NCBI GenBank assembly: GCA_038321985.1
Contig: JBBQFN010000006.1
Coordinates: forward strand, 157,332-221,331
Direction of reading: 5' to 3'
Origin: Cyanophyceae cyanobacterium
Lineage (GTDB): Bacteria; Cyanobacteriota; Cyanobacteriia; Cyanobacteriales; Laspinemataceae
Length of the DNA: 64,000 bases
Part shown: in pieces, positions 51,418 to 60,255 of the stretch
Layout: the number at the start of each line of letters is the position of its first letter
Position numbering within the stretch: the stretch's first letter is position 1
Program-made: the position numbers and the translations under genes
The notes under the pieces: model-generated
What the model was told of the DNA's origin: nothing
What the model saw: only the letters and a program-made list of their open reading frames with translations
Databases searched by the model: none

Positions 51418-51427
51418 CGGTTTCATC

Positions 51428-52063
51428 TTAAATAGCGCTGGCGACGATTTCAGCCCCTAAACCCTCCCGGATGATCGCCGGTTCGTTATTGGTTAAATCC
51501 ACAATGGTAGAGACTTGGTAGCCCGGATCTTCTCCAGAATCGATAATTACATCCACAAACCTTTCCACTTGGTCAAATAACTCCGCCTTACCGACAAAAT
51601 TGCCGTAATCGTCATCATCCGGCAGATGCGCCGAAGTCGAAATAATTGGATTTCCCAGAGCGTTGAGTAACGCTAAACATACTTGATTATTTGGAACCCG
51701 GATCCCGGTGGTTTTTCGTTTGGGGTCCATGACTAACTTGGGCACGAGCTTAGTCCCGGGAAGTAAAAAGGTGTAAGGTCCCGGAATTAGTCGCTTGATA
51801 ATGCGATAGGCTGAGTCTGAGACCGTCGCGTAGGCGGCAATATTGGATAAGGAAGGGCACAGAAAGGTTAAGGGCTTATCATTCGAGAGTCGCTTGATTT
51901 GCCTAACCCGTTCGATCGCACCTTTGACGGTCAGATCACAGCCGATCGCATAAACCGTATCCGTGGGGTATAGCATCACCGCACCCTTATGCAGGGCCTC
52001 CACTATTTCTTCAATTTTGCGAACTTGGGGATTTTCGGGATGAATTTCGTATAGAGTTGCCAT
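51428..52063 (-). CDS. Sua5/YciO/YrdC-family protein (threonylcarbamoyl-AMP synthase-like)
   Basis: YPTDTVYAIGC, PGPYTFLL, GIRVP, STSA, STIVDL, IREGLG. Confidence 0.9.
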   Translation of the reverse strand: MATLYEIHPENPQVRKIEEIVEALHKGAVMLYPTDTVYAIGCDLTVKGAIERVRQIKRLSNDKPLTFLCPSLSNIAAYATVSDSAYRIIKRLIPGPYTFLLPGTKLVPKLVMDPKRKTTGIRVPNNQVCLALLNALGNPIISTSAHLPDDDDYGNFVGKAELFDQVERFVDVIIDSGEDPGYQVSTIVDLTNNEPAIIREGLGAEIVASAI

Positions 52064-52145
52064 AATCGGTGAATTTGAATGTGAAAATTAACTGGGATGG
52101 GATTGCCCACGAATCTAGGCTCTTGACTATTTATTGTGCCGATTG

Positions 52146-53465
52146 ATGAAAAAAATTGCCTATCTTCAATGTCCCACCGGCATTGCTGGTGATATGTTCC
52201 TCGGAGCACTGGTTAGTGCAGGGGTTCCGTTTGATTATCTCAGGGAGCAACTCGACTGCCTTGGCATTGGTCAGGAATACCAACTTAGGCAGGAATTGGT
52301 TCACCGCAACACCCAGCAAGGGATGAAGATTCATGTGGATCTCATTGAGACTGAGCAACAGTCTAATCCAGATTCCGGCGATCGCCCTCATAATCATGAG
52401 CATAATCACTCCCATCATCACCCCCATGAGCCTAATCACGAGCATGATCACGGGCAAACGCACCCACATCACAGTCATCGCCCGACTCGCCACCTACCCG
52501 AAATTGAGGCACTGATTCAAGCCGCACAGTTACCGAAACGAGCTGAAACCTGGAGTTTACAAGTCTTTCAGACTTTAGCTGTAGCAGAAGGGGCGGTACA
52601 TGGAATTGCACCGGAACAGGTGCATTTTCATGAAGTGGGTGCAACCGATGCAATTGTGGATATTGTCGGCACTTGTTTGGGGTTGGATTGGCTGGGAATT
52701 GAGGAATTGTATTGTTCGCCCTTGCCGACGGGAGGGGGTACCGTATGGGCAGCCCACGGACGATTGCCGGTGCCAGTGCCTGCGGTACTCTCGTTATTCC
52801 AATCGCACCAGGTGCCGGTTTATAGTAATGGGATTGAGAAAGAATTAGTCACCCCAACAGGTGCGGCGATCGCAGTTACCCTCGCCACTGCCTTTGGGAA
52901 TCCCCCTAGCATGACGATTCGTGCCATCGGCTTAGGTGCCGGTTCTCGGGATTTGCCGATTCCCAATATCCTGCGCCTATGGGTGGGGGAATCAACTAAT
53001 TACACAGACTCTACTCCTACCGAAACGATTTCGGTGTTAGAAACCCAAATTGATGATGCCAATCCCCAGGCGATCGCCTATACCTTAGAGAGATTATTCG
53101 CCGCAGGTGCTTTGGATGCCTTTACCCAGGCGATCGTCATGAAGAAATCCAGGACGGGGGTATTGCTCACCGTAATCTGTCATCCCGAACAACAAAAAGC
53201 CTGTGAAGCGGTTATCTTTCGGGAAACGCCTACCTTGGGGATTCGGATTTCAACTCAGCAGCGATCGCTTTTGCATCGGGAATTGCACAGTGTTTCCACC
53301 CCATTCGGGGAAGTGCGAGTGAAAGTTGCTACTGATAGTCAGGGAAAGATTATGAATGTACAACCGGAGTATGAGGATTGTGCCGAAATAGCGCGATCGC
53401 AGGATATTCCCTGGCAAGAAGTCCATCGCCAGGGATTGCAGGCATGGTATGGAAAATTCGATTAA
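52146..53465 (+). CDS. larC: Nickel-pincer cofactor biosynthesis protein LarC
   Basis: GIAGDMFLGAL, His-rich insert, VHFHEVGA-x-DAIVDI, ELVTPTGAA, ETQIDD, MKKSR, PEYEDC. Confidence 0.92.
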   Translation: MKKIAYLQCPTGIAGDMFLGALVSAGVPFDYLREQLDCLGIGQEYQLRQELVHRNTQQGMKIHVDLIETEQQSNPDSGDRPHNHEHNHSHHHPHEPNHEHDHGQTHPHHSHRPTRHLPEIEALIQAAQLPKRAETWSLQVFQTLAVAEGAVHGIAPEQVHFHEVGATDAIVDIVGTCLGLDWLGIEELYCSPLPTGGGTVWAAHGRLPVPVPAVLSLFQSHQVPVYSNGIEKELVTPTGAAIAVTLATAFGNPPSMTIRAIGLGAGSRDLPIPNILRLWVGESTNYTDSTPTETISVLETQIDDANPQAIAYTLERLFAAGALDAFTQAIVMKKSRTGVLLTVICHPEQQKACEAVIFRETPTLGIRISTQQRSLLHRELHSVSTPFGEVRVKVATDSQGKIMNVQPEYEDCAEIARSQDIPWQEVHRQGLQAWYGKFD

Positions 53466-53534
53466 GTGGCGAGGACAGGGTAGTGCTGTTTTTTTACGGT
53501 TAAAACCGTTAAATCAGGAGATTAAACTTATTGA

Positions 53535-54329
53535 ATGAAAGTATTTGAAATTCCAGGACATCAGGTGATTTGGGGCGATGTAATTGTTGCCTTAGAAACT
53601 TGGATTGAGGATGGCAGCATTGATTTAATTTTTGCCGACCCTCCCTATAATATTGGCAAAATCTTTAATGGCAAAAAAGAAAAATGGAAATGTGATCAGG
53701 CTTATTTAGATTGGTGTTATCACTGGTTGGATTTATGTCATCGAAAGCTCACTGATACAGGGAGTCTATACTTGATGGCTGCAACTCAATATATGCCTTA
53801 TTTTGATATTTATTTACAGAAGAATCTAACAATATTATCCAGGATAATTTGGCATTATGATAGTTCGGGGATGCAAGCCAAAAAATACTTCGGCTCATTA
53901 TATGAACCGATTTTATTTACGACGAAAAACCCTCAAAATTATACATTTAATGCCGACGAGATTCGGGTAGAAGCAAAAACAGGTGCAGTCCGTAAACTGA
54001 TAGATTATCGAAAAAGCAAACCCGCTCCTTATTGTACGACAAAAATCCCGGGAAATGTTTGGACTATTCCCCGAGTGAGATATAAAATGCCGGAATACCG
54101 AAAACATCCCACGCAAAAGCCGGAAGCGTTACTCGAACGAATTATCAAAGCTAGTAGCAATCCAGGGGATGTTGTATTAGATTTATTCGCTGGAACCTTT
54201 ACAACAGCAGCAGTTTCTCAACGGTTAGGGAGGCGATCGATTAGTATTGAGCAAGAATATGAGTATGTAGAAATTGGATTAAATCGCTTGGGAATAAACT
54301 TGAATAATCCAGAATTAAAATCGGGCTGA
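53535..54329 (+). CDS. Orphan beta-class N6-adenine/N4-cytosine DNA methyltransferase (YhdJ-like)
   Basis: FADPPYNIGK, WHYDSSG-x-QAKKYFGS-x-YEPIL, PRVRY, HPTQKPEALL, LDLFAGT. No restriction endonuclease gene adjacent. Confidence 0.9.
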   Translation: MKVFEIPGHQVIWGDVIVALETWIEDGSIDLIFADPPYNIGKIFNGKKEKWKCDQAYLDWCYHWLDLCHRKLTDTGSLYLMAATQYMPYFDIYLQKNLTILSRIIWHYDSSGMQAKKYFGSLYEPILFTTKNPQNYTFNADEIRVEAKTGAVRKLIDYRKSKPAPYCTTKIPGNVWTIPRVRYKMPEYRKHPTQKPEALLERIIKASSNPGDVVLDLFAGTFTTAAVSQRLGRRSISIEQEYEYVEIGLNRLGINLNNPELKSG

Positions 54330-54353
54330 TTTTGGATGATTTGAGCGGTTTGA

Positions 54354-54827
54354 TTATTCTAAAGATTTAAGCATCCAGACGGAATGACTTTGATAGCCCA
54401 ATTTTTGATAAAGATTTAAGGCGGGGGGATTATTGAGAAAGACTTGTAAACCCATCTGCCGATCGCCTCGTTCTCGTGCCCAATTTTCAGCCTCGCGGAT
54501 TAATGCCGAACCCAATCCTCGGCGTCGGTGTTCGGCTGCCACATACAGGACAAAAATATGAGCGTGACGATCGCCTGTTACCTGATCTACCGCATTTCCC
54601 AACCACAAACAACCCACCGGGTCGAAATTACCGGGAAATTCCACCCACCATAACGGTGTTTCCTTGGCAAAATACTGGCTAACGGTTTTGGCTAAATGGG
54701 AAAAGTCATGGTCGGGGTAAAGTTCCTGATAGGTTAACATCAGGAACTCGACCAGTAAGCTGCGATCGCGGGTTGAACCGACACGCAGGTTATATCCCGG
54801 AAGAATTTCGAGGGTTGCCGGTTTGAT
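54354..54827 (-). CDS. GNAT family N-acetyltransferase
   Basis: LYVAAEHRRRGLGSAL, N-x-PALNLYQKLGY. The open frame extends upstream of ATG 54740 to an ATC at 54827 preceded by GGGGAG; start uncertain. Confidence 0.85.
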   Translation of the reverse strand: MKPATLEILPGYNLRVGSTRDRSLLVEFLMLTYQELYPDHDFSHLAKTVSQYFAKETPLWWVEFPGNFDPVGCLWLGNAVDQVTGDRHAHIFVLYVAAEHRRRGLGSALIREAENWARERGDRQMGLQVFLNNPPALNLYQKLGYQSHSVWMLKSLE

Positions 54828-54839
54828 GAGGAAACTCCC

Positions 54840-55094
54840 CTAGCTATCTTGATTAAAAAACAGCGTATCGTCAGGTAAGCCGTTAATGAAACGAGAGAGG
54901 GAAGGGGGGAGTTCGGCCAGGTTTGGGGAGGCGACCCTAGAGAGGCGATCGGCAGGCTGCACTTGTTCTTCTATGGGTGCGGGGGCCATCATATCTGCGG
55001 GTAAGAAAATGCGAGCACTGACGGCTACTAATGCCACTAAAAACACCAGGAAAATAAAGAAGGGAAGAATCTGCGATCGGATTATTGACATCAT
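54840..55094 (-). CDS. Small membrane protein (hypothetical)
   Basis: MSIIRSQILPFFIFLVFLVALVAVSARIFLPADMMAPAP: a single TM helix followed by a Pro-rich motif. Confidence 0.65.
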   Translation of the reverse strand: MMSIIRSQILPFFIFLVFLVALVAVSARIFLPADMMAPAPIEEQVQPADRLSRVASPNLAELPPSLSRFINGLPDDTLFFNQDS

Positions 55095-55309
55095 TGGGGT
55101 AGAGAGTAGGACCCTGTAACTGAGGGCATGAAGGTTGGGCTTACTGCACCCCTTTTGACACATCGGGGGCTTTGATTATTATCTCACAATTTTCTAGGAG
55201 ATTGCCACAAAAAACTTGTACGGTTTTCACGGGAGAAACACAACAGCGCTTTGTTCCTCTCCCTATTAATGATGAAATTGGATTTAGGGGAAATTTTTTA
55301 GAGAAGAGG

Positions 55310-55413
55310 GCGACCCAATCCGCTACTACGAAATAATTTGGAAGCGACTGTAGAGACACGAAATTTTGCGTCTCTACAAACAGCCGGAGGGGACTGAAGT
55401 CGCTACTACGAAC
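55310..55413. repeat. Composite REP-like cluster: 28-bp GTAG palindrome (copy 3) flanked by two CGCTACTACGAA elements
   Basis: GTAGAGACACGAAA|TTTTGCGTCTCTAC (55350-55377); CGCTACTACGAA at 55321 and 55401. Confidence 0.8.
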
Positions 55414-55417
55414 AGGA

Positions 55418-57217
55418 CTAATCTAGATCGCTTCCGGGTCTGGGTATCAGTAAGGCATTAGACTTATTCAGTTGTCGCAACCAAGTCCATCCTAAGACCC
55501 CAACAATTAGGGAAACCCAACCGATCGTAGGCTGTAGTAATAAGAAACCGCCTGTGGTTAATAAAAACCCAAATAGCAGTAAAATACCGGCTGCGACTCG
55601 TTGCAGATCGAGCCCCAAATTCTGGGCGGGTTCTAATCCGGTATTGGCCCGTTGCAGGGTCCAACCAGGTCCACCGGGACGCACACGCCGGTAGAAGTCA
55701 TTAAGGGTTTCTTGGGTTTCGGGTGTGGTTGCAAATAAAGCAATTACCCACAAGATAGTGACGCTAGCAGTGATGAACATCAGGCGTAACCCAAAGTCTT
55801 CAATCGTTAATGCCGGTACGAGACTGGTGACGGAACCGATTACAAAACTCGCGATAATCGCAGTGAGTTCAGCCGCAGCATTGACTCGCCACCAGAACCA
55901 GCGCAACATTAAGACCAATCCCGAACCTGTGCCGATCGCAATCACGAGGCGAAAGACGGTGGCAACGTCAGAGGCAACAAAGGCGGCGATCGCCCCGATT
56001 GCAGTCACCAATACGGAGGATAACCGACCAATGAACACCAATTCGGTTTGTGTTGCTGAGGGTTTGATAAAGCGCAAATATAGGTCATTGGTAATAAACG
56101 AAGCCCCCCAGTTAATCGAGGTAGACACCGTACTCATAAACGCTGCAATCAACGATGCCACGACTAACCCCAGCATCGCCGGTGGCAGGAAGTCTAACAT
56201 CAGTTTCGGATAGCCTAATTCTTTATCCTGTAAATCGGGATACAGCACGAGGGCCGCCAGTGCGACTAGAATCCAAGGCCAAGTCCGAATCACATAGTGC
56301 ATGATATTAAATAACCAAGCCGCTTTTTCAGCTTCTGTTTCGTTTTTTGCCGCAGCAAAGCGCTGGACGAACTCGCCACCGCCATCACTGCGCCGCCAGG
56401 ACCACCACTGGATTGCAATATAGGCCAGGAAGGTACTAGCGGTAATTCCTGCGGTTTTGCTGAATTGAACGAAACCGTTCCCTTCCCCGCCAAAGGTTAG
56501 GGGTAACAGGGATAAAATATCTTTGTCAGAGGCTAGCGGGACTTGCCGGACCAATTCATGAATCCCACCGACGCTACCCACGGCAAAAAATGCCACCACA
56601 ATTGCCCCAAATAAGGCCAGGAAAAATTGGAAGAAGTCCGTGGCAACAACGCCCCACAATCCAGCTAACCCGGCGTAGACTAACACAAAGATACTCACGC
56701 CAATCACACTCAGGAGTTTGAGGGTATTTTCTCCTGCATCAATGCCGAGATTTTGCCAAATTCCCAAGGCATCTACGACTTTGACCATTGCTAGCATGGC
56801 ATAGCCGATGCCGATACAGTTCATGGGAATCGCAAAGATAAAGGCTTTGACACCGCGCAGAACCGCTGCCATCTTTCCCCCATAGCGGATTTCGGTGAGT
56901 TCCGCATCGGTGATCACTTCCGACCGTCGCCACATCCGCGCAAAGATGTACACCATGATGATGTGGGAGATGCCAAAGGTCCACCATTCCCAGTTTCCAG
57001 CAATGCCTCGGTTGCCGACGACGCCGGTAATGTAGAGAGGGGTATCAATGGAGAAAGTTGTGGCGGCCATACTGGTCCCCGCTAACCACCAAGGAAGCGA
57101 TCGCCCGGATACAAAGAATTCTGCCAGATTTTTCGAGCCTTTTCGGGAGAGATATAAACCCACTCCCATTGTGGCCACCAAATAAACCACTACAATTAAC
57201 CAATCAATCAGTTTCAT
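55418..57217 (-). CDS. Sodium:solute symporter family protein
   Basis: FFVSGRSLPWWLAGTSMAATTF, GLWGVVATDFFQF, QRFAAAKNE, AAFMSTVST; many TM helices. Confidence 0.92.
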   Translation of the reverse strand: MKLIDWLIVVVYLVATMGVGLYLSRKGSKNLAEFFVSGRSLPWWLAGTSMAATTFSIDTPLYITGVVGNRGIAGNWEWWTFGISHIIMVYIFARMWRRSEVITDAELTEIRYGGKMAAVLRGVKAFIFAIPMNCIGIGYAMLAMVKVVDALGIWQNLGIDAGENTLKLLSVIGVSIFVLVYAGLAGLWGVVATDFFQFFLALFGAIVVAFFAVGSVGGIHELVRQVPLASDKDILSLLPLTFGGEGNGFVQFSKTAGITASTFLAYIAIQWWSWRRSDGGGEFVQRFAAAKNETEAEKAAWLFNIMHYVIRTWPWILVALAALVLYPDLQDKELGYPKLMLDFLPPAMLGLVVASLIAAFMSTVSTSINWGASFITNDLYLRFIKPSATQTELVFIGRLSSVLVTAIGAIAAFVASDVATVFRLVIAIGTGSGLVLMLRWFWWRVNAAAELTAIIASFVIGSVTSLVPALTIEDFGLRLMFITASVTILWVIALFATTPETQETLNDFYRRVRPGGPGWTLQRANTGLEPAQNLGLDLQRVAAGILLLFGFLLTTGGFLLLQPTIGWVSLIVGVLGWTWLRQLNKSNALLIPRPGSDLD

Positions 57218-57303
57218 TACTTACTTATCAAAACCTAATCGCCAATCTTAACGCGCCGGATAGCCCAAGGATAGAGGGGCGATCAAATGCCGTTTCACTC
57301 CAC

Positions 57304-58224
57304 CTAAATTGCTCCCAGGACACTTGCCAGCAGAGCTTTTTGGGCGTGCATTCGATTTTCGGCTTGATCCCAAACCCGGGATGCAGACCCTTCGATCGCC
57401 CCATCCGTAATTTCTTCTCCCCGATGGGCGGGTAAGCAGTGCAGAATGATGGCACTTCCATCCGCATGATTGAATAGTTCTTCATTCACTTGGTAGGGCT
57501 GAAATAGGGGGATTCGGGTTCTGGCCTCTTCCTCTTGTCCCATACTCGCCCAAACGTCAGTATAAAGCACTTGAGCGCCTTTGACGGCGAGAATCGGGTC
57601 ATGGGTGATCAGGATTTCGCTTTTCCCTTTGGCTATTTTCCTGGCTTGTTCGACAATATCGGCGGCAGGTTCAAATTGAACCGGGGTAGCGACTCGAATA
57701 TTCATTCCCACCATGGCGCAGGCAAGGAGGAGAGAATGGACGACATTATTGCCATCGCCGAGATAGGTGAGGGTGATATCTTCCAGTTGTCCGAAACATT
57801 CGCCAACGGTCATAATATCGGCTAAGGCTTGACAGGGATGTTCGCGATCGCTTAAAGCATTAATGACTGGCATTTCGGCATAATTGGCAAAGGTGACTAG
57901 ATCCGCCTGATCGAAGGTCCGAATCGCCACAACATCCAAATAACGGTCTAATACCCGTGCGGTGTCTGGTAAAGGTTCCCCCCGACTCACCTGGGTGACA
58001 TTCGGATTTAAGTCAATGACTTGACCCCCGAGTTGGTACATTGCCACGGTAAAGCTGACCCGAGTTCGAGTTGAAGCTTTGGAAAACAGCAACCCCAGCA
58101 CTTTTTCACATCGGGGGGTGAGGGTTCCGGCTTTCATCTGCGTGGCGAGATCCAGCAGGTGGTGCAGTTCTTCAACGCACAGATCCGCGACGCTGAGTAG
58201 ATCTCGTCCTGTTAATGCCGCCAT
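57304..58224 (-). CDS. argF: Ornithine carbamoyltransferase
   Basis: STRTR, HPCQ, GDGNNV, TDVWASMG, HCLP, QAENR. Confidence 0.97.
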   Translation of the reverse strand: MAALTGRDLLSVADLCVEELHHLLDLATQMKAGTLTPRCEKVLGLLFSKASTRTRVSFTVAMYQLGGQVIDLNPNVTQVSRGEPLPDTARVLDRYLDVVAIRTFDQADLVTFANYAEMPVINALSDREHPCQALADIMTVGECFGQLEDITLTYLGDGNNVVHSLLLACAMVGMNIRVATPVQFEPAADIVEQARKIAKGKSEILITHDPILAVKGAQVLYTDVWASMGQEEEARTRIPLFQPYQVNEELFNHADGSAIILHCLPAHRGEEITDGAIEGSASRVWDQAENRMHAQKALLASVLGAI

Positions 58225-58563
58225 AGTTCTCCTGATTGTTTCGTTCGCTATAGGGTTGGGCTTTGGGTGGTTGTCTGAGGTATTTACACCCCAGCACGAT
58301 CACCTGATTGCTTGTCCTAAAACAGTACCAGATTCACGCCCTGGCGATCGCTACTCTTTCTCTAAGACGGTTTAAAATTGATGACATTTTGTCGATTCTC
58401 CGGGGACAGAGTACAGGTTGTAAATTCCTGGGAAAGGGATGTCGGGCCAGGGTTAGAAAGCAATTAGAATTTTAGACCATTCCAGTGGAGTCGCTTGTTG
58501 TTTTTAGCTTCCGATAGGGAGGTACTATAGAGGAGAAGATTATCCTAGGTAGACTTTTGGGTT

Positions 58564-59457
58564 GTGAGAACAGACACAATTTTTTATCAACTCTTTCAGA
58601 CTTTCCCCAGTCTGGTATTTGAACTGATGGGGGAACCCCGAGAAAAAGCTCAAGGATACGAGTTTACCTCTCGCGAAATTAAAGAATTAGCTCGTCGCTT
58701 TGATGGGATTTTGTTACCCCCAGAGGTAGACAATCACCGATTTATTTATTTTTTGGAGGTTCAGTTTCAAAAGAAAGACTATTTTTATTGGAGATTTCTA
58801 GCCGAAATTTTCGTTTATTTGGGCCAATATCAACCTGTGCAAGAGTTTCAAGCGGTTGCTATCTTTTCATCCCGCAGTTGCGACCCCGGAGTCCCTCGCC
58901 AATATCAGCGTTTTTTAAGTGGCGACTGCCCGGAAGAGACCCCAATGTTGGTCCGAGTTTATCTGGATGAACTAGAGGACCCTCCGACTCCCTCCTTGGG
59001 ATTGGGAATGGTAACTTTGGTGGTTGAGGAACGTCAAACTGCGATCGACAAAGCAAGGCAATTATTCCAAGAAGCACGAAGGCAACTTATCGATGAAGGT
59101 CTCAAACAAAAAGTTGTAGGATTAATAGAGACCATCATGGTCTATAAATTACCGGATTTAACACGCCAGGAGATAGAAGCCATGTTTGGATTACAAGAGT
59201 TGAAACAGACTCGGTATTTTCAAGAAGTCGCAGCGGAAGCGGAAGCGAAAGGTAAGATCGAAGGCAAGCTCGAAGGTAAGCTCGAAGGTAAGCTCGAAGG
59301 TAAGCTCGAAGGTAAGCTCGAATCGGTACCTAGCCTATTGGCAATGGGGTTGAGTACAGAACAAATTGCCTTGGCTTTAAAATTAGACATTGAGCAAGTT
59401 CGGCAAGTCATCCAAGACTTACCGAATTCTGATAATACTCCAGAGAGTCAGAGTTAA
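58564..59457 (+). CDS. Rpn-family / DUF2887 PD-(D/E)XK nuclease
   Basis: MRTDTIFYQLF, EIKE-x-x-x-RFDG, FLEVQFQ, ETIMVYK-x-P...EIEAMF, (GKLE)n, GLSTEQIA-x-AL-x-L. Confidence 0.88.
   Translation: MRTDTIFYQLFQTFPSLVFELMGEPREKAQGYEFTSREIKELARRFDGILLPPEVDNHRFIYFLEVQFQKKDYFYWRFLAEIFVYLGQYQPVQEFQAVAIFSSRSCDPGVPRQYQRFLSGDCPEETPMLVRVYLDELEDPPTPSLGLGMVTLVVEERQTAIDKARQLFQEARRQLIDEGLKQKVVGLIETIMVYKLPDLTRQEIEAMFGLQELKQTRYFQEVAAEAEAKGKIEGKLEGKLEGKLEGKLEGKLESVPSLLAMGLSTEQIALALKLDIEQVRQVIQDLPNSDNTPESQS
59251..59322 (+). repeat. 12-bp coding tandem repeat, 6 units (GKLE)
   Basis: GGTAAGCTCGAA x6 (two variant units); 3 units in the duplicate at 59610-59645. Confidence 0.95.
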
Positions 59458-59540
59458 AACCCGTTTCAATCGCTATTGTTGGGGCTTTTTCCAGTAAAAG
59501 CCCCAGCAATATTGCTTGAACAAATCAGGAGATAGAGCCC

Positions 59541-59780
59541 ATGTTTGGATTACCCGAGTTAAAACAGACTAGGTATTTTCAAGAAGTCGCAGCGGAAGCT
59601 AAGGAAAAAGGTAAGCTCGAAGGTAAGCTCGAAGGTAAGCTCGAATCGGTCCCTGGCTTATTGGCAATGGGGTTGAGTGCAGAACAAATTGCCTTGGCTT
59701 TAAAATTAGACATTGAGCAAGTTCGGCAAGTCATCCAAGACTTATCGAATTCTGATAATACTCCAGAGAGTCAGCCGTAG
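59541..59780 (+). CDS. Stand-alone duplicate of the Rpn C-terminal module (putative RpnS-like antitoxin)
   Basis: Near-identical to 59182-59457, including the AGGAGATAGA ribosome-binding site before MFGL. Confidence 0.7.
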   Translation: MFGLPELKQTRYFQEVAAEAKEKGKLEGKLEGKLESVPGLLAMGLSAEQIALALKLDIEQVRQVIQDLSNSDNTPESQP

Positions 59781-59862
59781 AGGGAGGGGAAAGTTACCAG
59801 AAATCAGGCCAATCAAGATGAATTAGAGAGTAATCAGGCCAATCAAACCGGAGGATAAAACC

Positions 59863-60255
59863 ATGACAAATTTGCTGAATATTCAGGTTGAAAAACCCAC
59901 TGAAACGAATTGGAATAAAATTACTTTGACTGTGCTGATTTCAGAACAGTCAGCAGGGGGATATCAGGCAACGGTGTTGGGGTGGTCCGATTGTCAAGGG
60001 TTGGGATTGACTAAAGAAGAGGCGATCGCCAATCTGAATCAAGCCATTAGCACTCGCCTAGAAACCACGGAAATTGCTTCCTTACAAATTGTCAATCCCA
60101 ACGCGGAGCATCCTTGGATGAAGTTGGCTGGAAAATACAAAGATGATCCAGACTTCGATGAAATGCTGGCAGATATTGAGGCGTTTCGTCGGGAACGTGA
60201 TGCAGAAATGGAAGATTATTATCGTCAATTGGATGCGGAGGAATCAGGCAAATGA
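59863..60255 (+). CDS. HicB-like putative antitoxin
   Basis: GYQATVLGWSDCQGLGLTKEEAIANL (HicB-like N-domain); acidic C-terminus HPWMKLAG...DPDFDEM; GGAGG RBS; ATGA overlap with the next gene. Confidence 0.7.
   Translation: MTNLLNIQVEKPTETNWNKITLTVLISEQSAGGYQATVLGWSDCQGLGLTKEEAIANLNQAISTRLETTEIASLQIVNPNAEHPWMKLAGKYKDDPDFDEMLADIEAFRRERDAEMEDYYRQLDAEESGK

Noticed and set aside
58564..59457. Calling the Rpn gene a transposase or IS element
   Set aside because: No terminal inverted repeats or target-site duplication seen; the family's 'putative transposase' label is not supported here.
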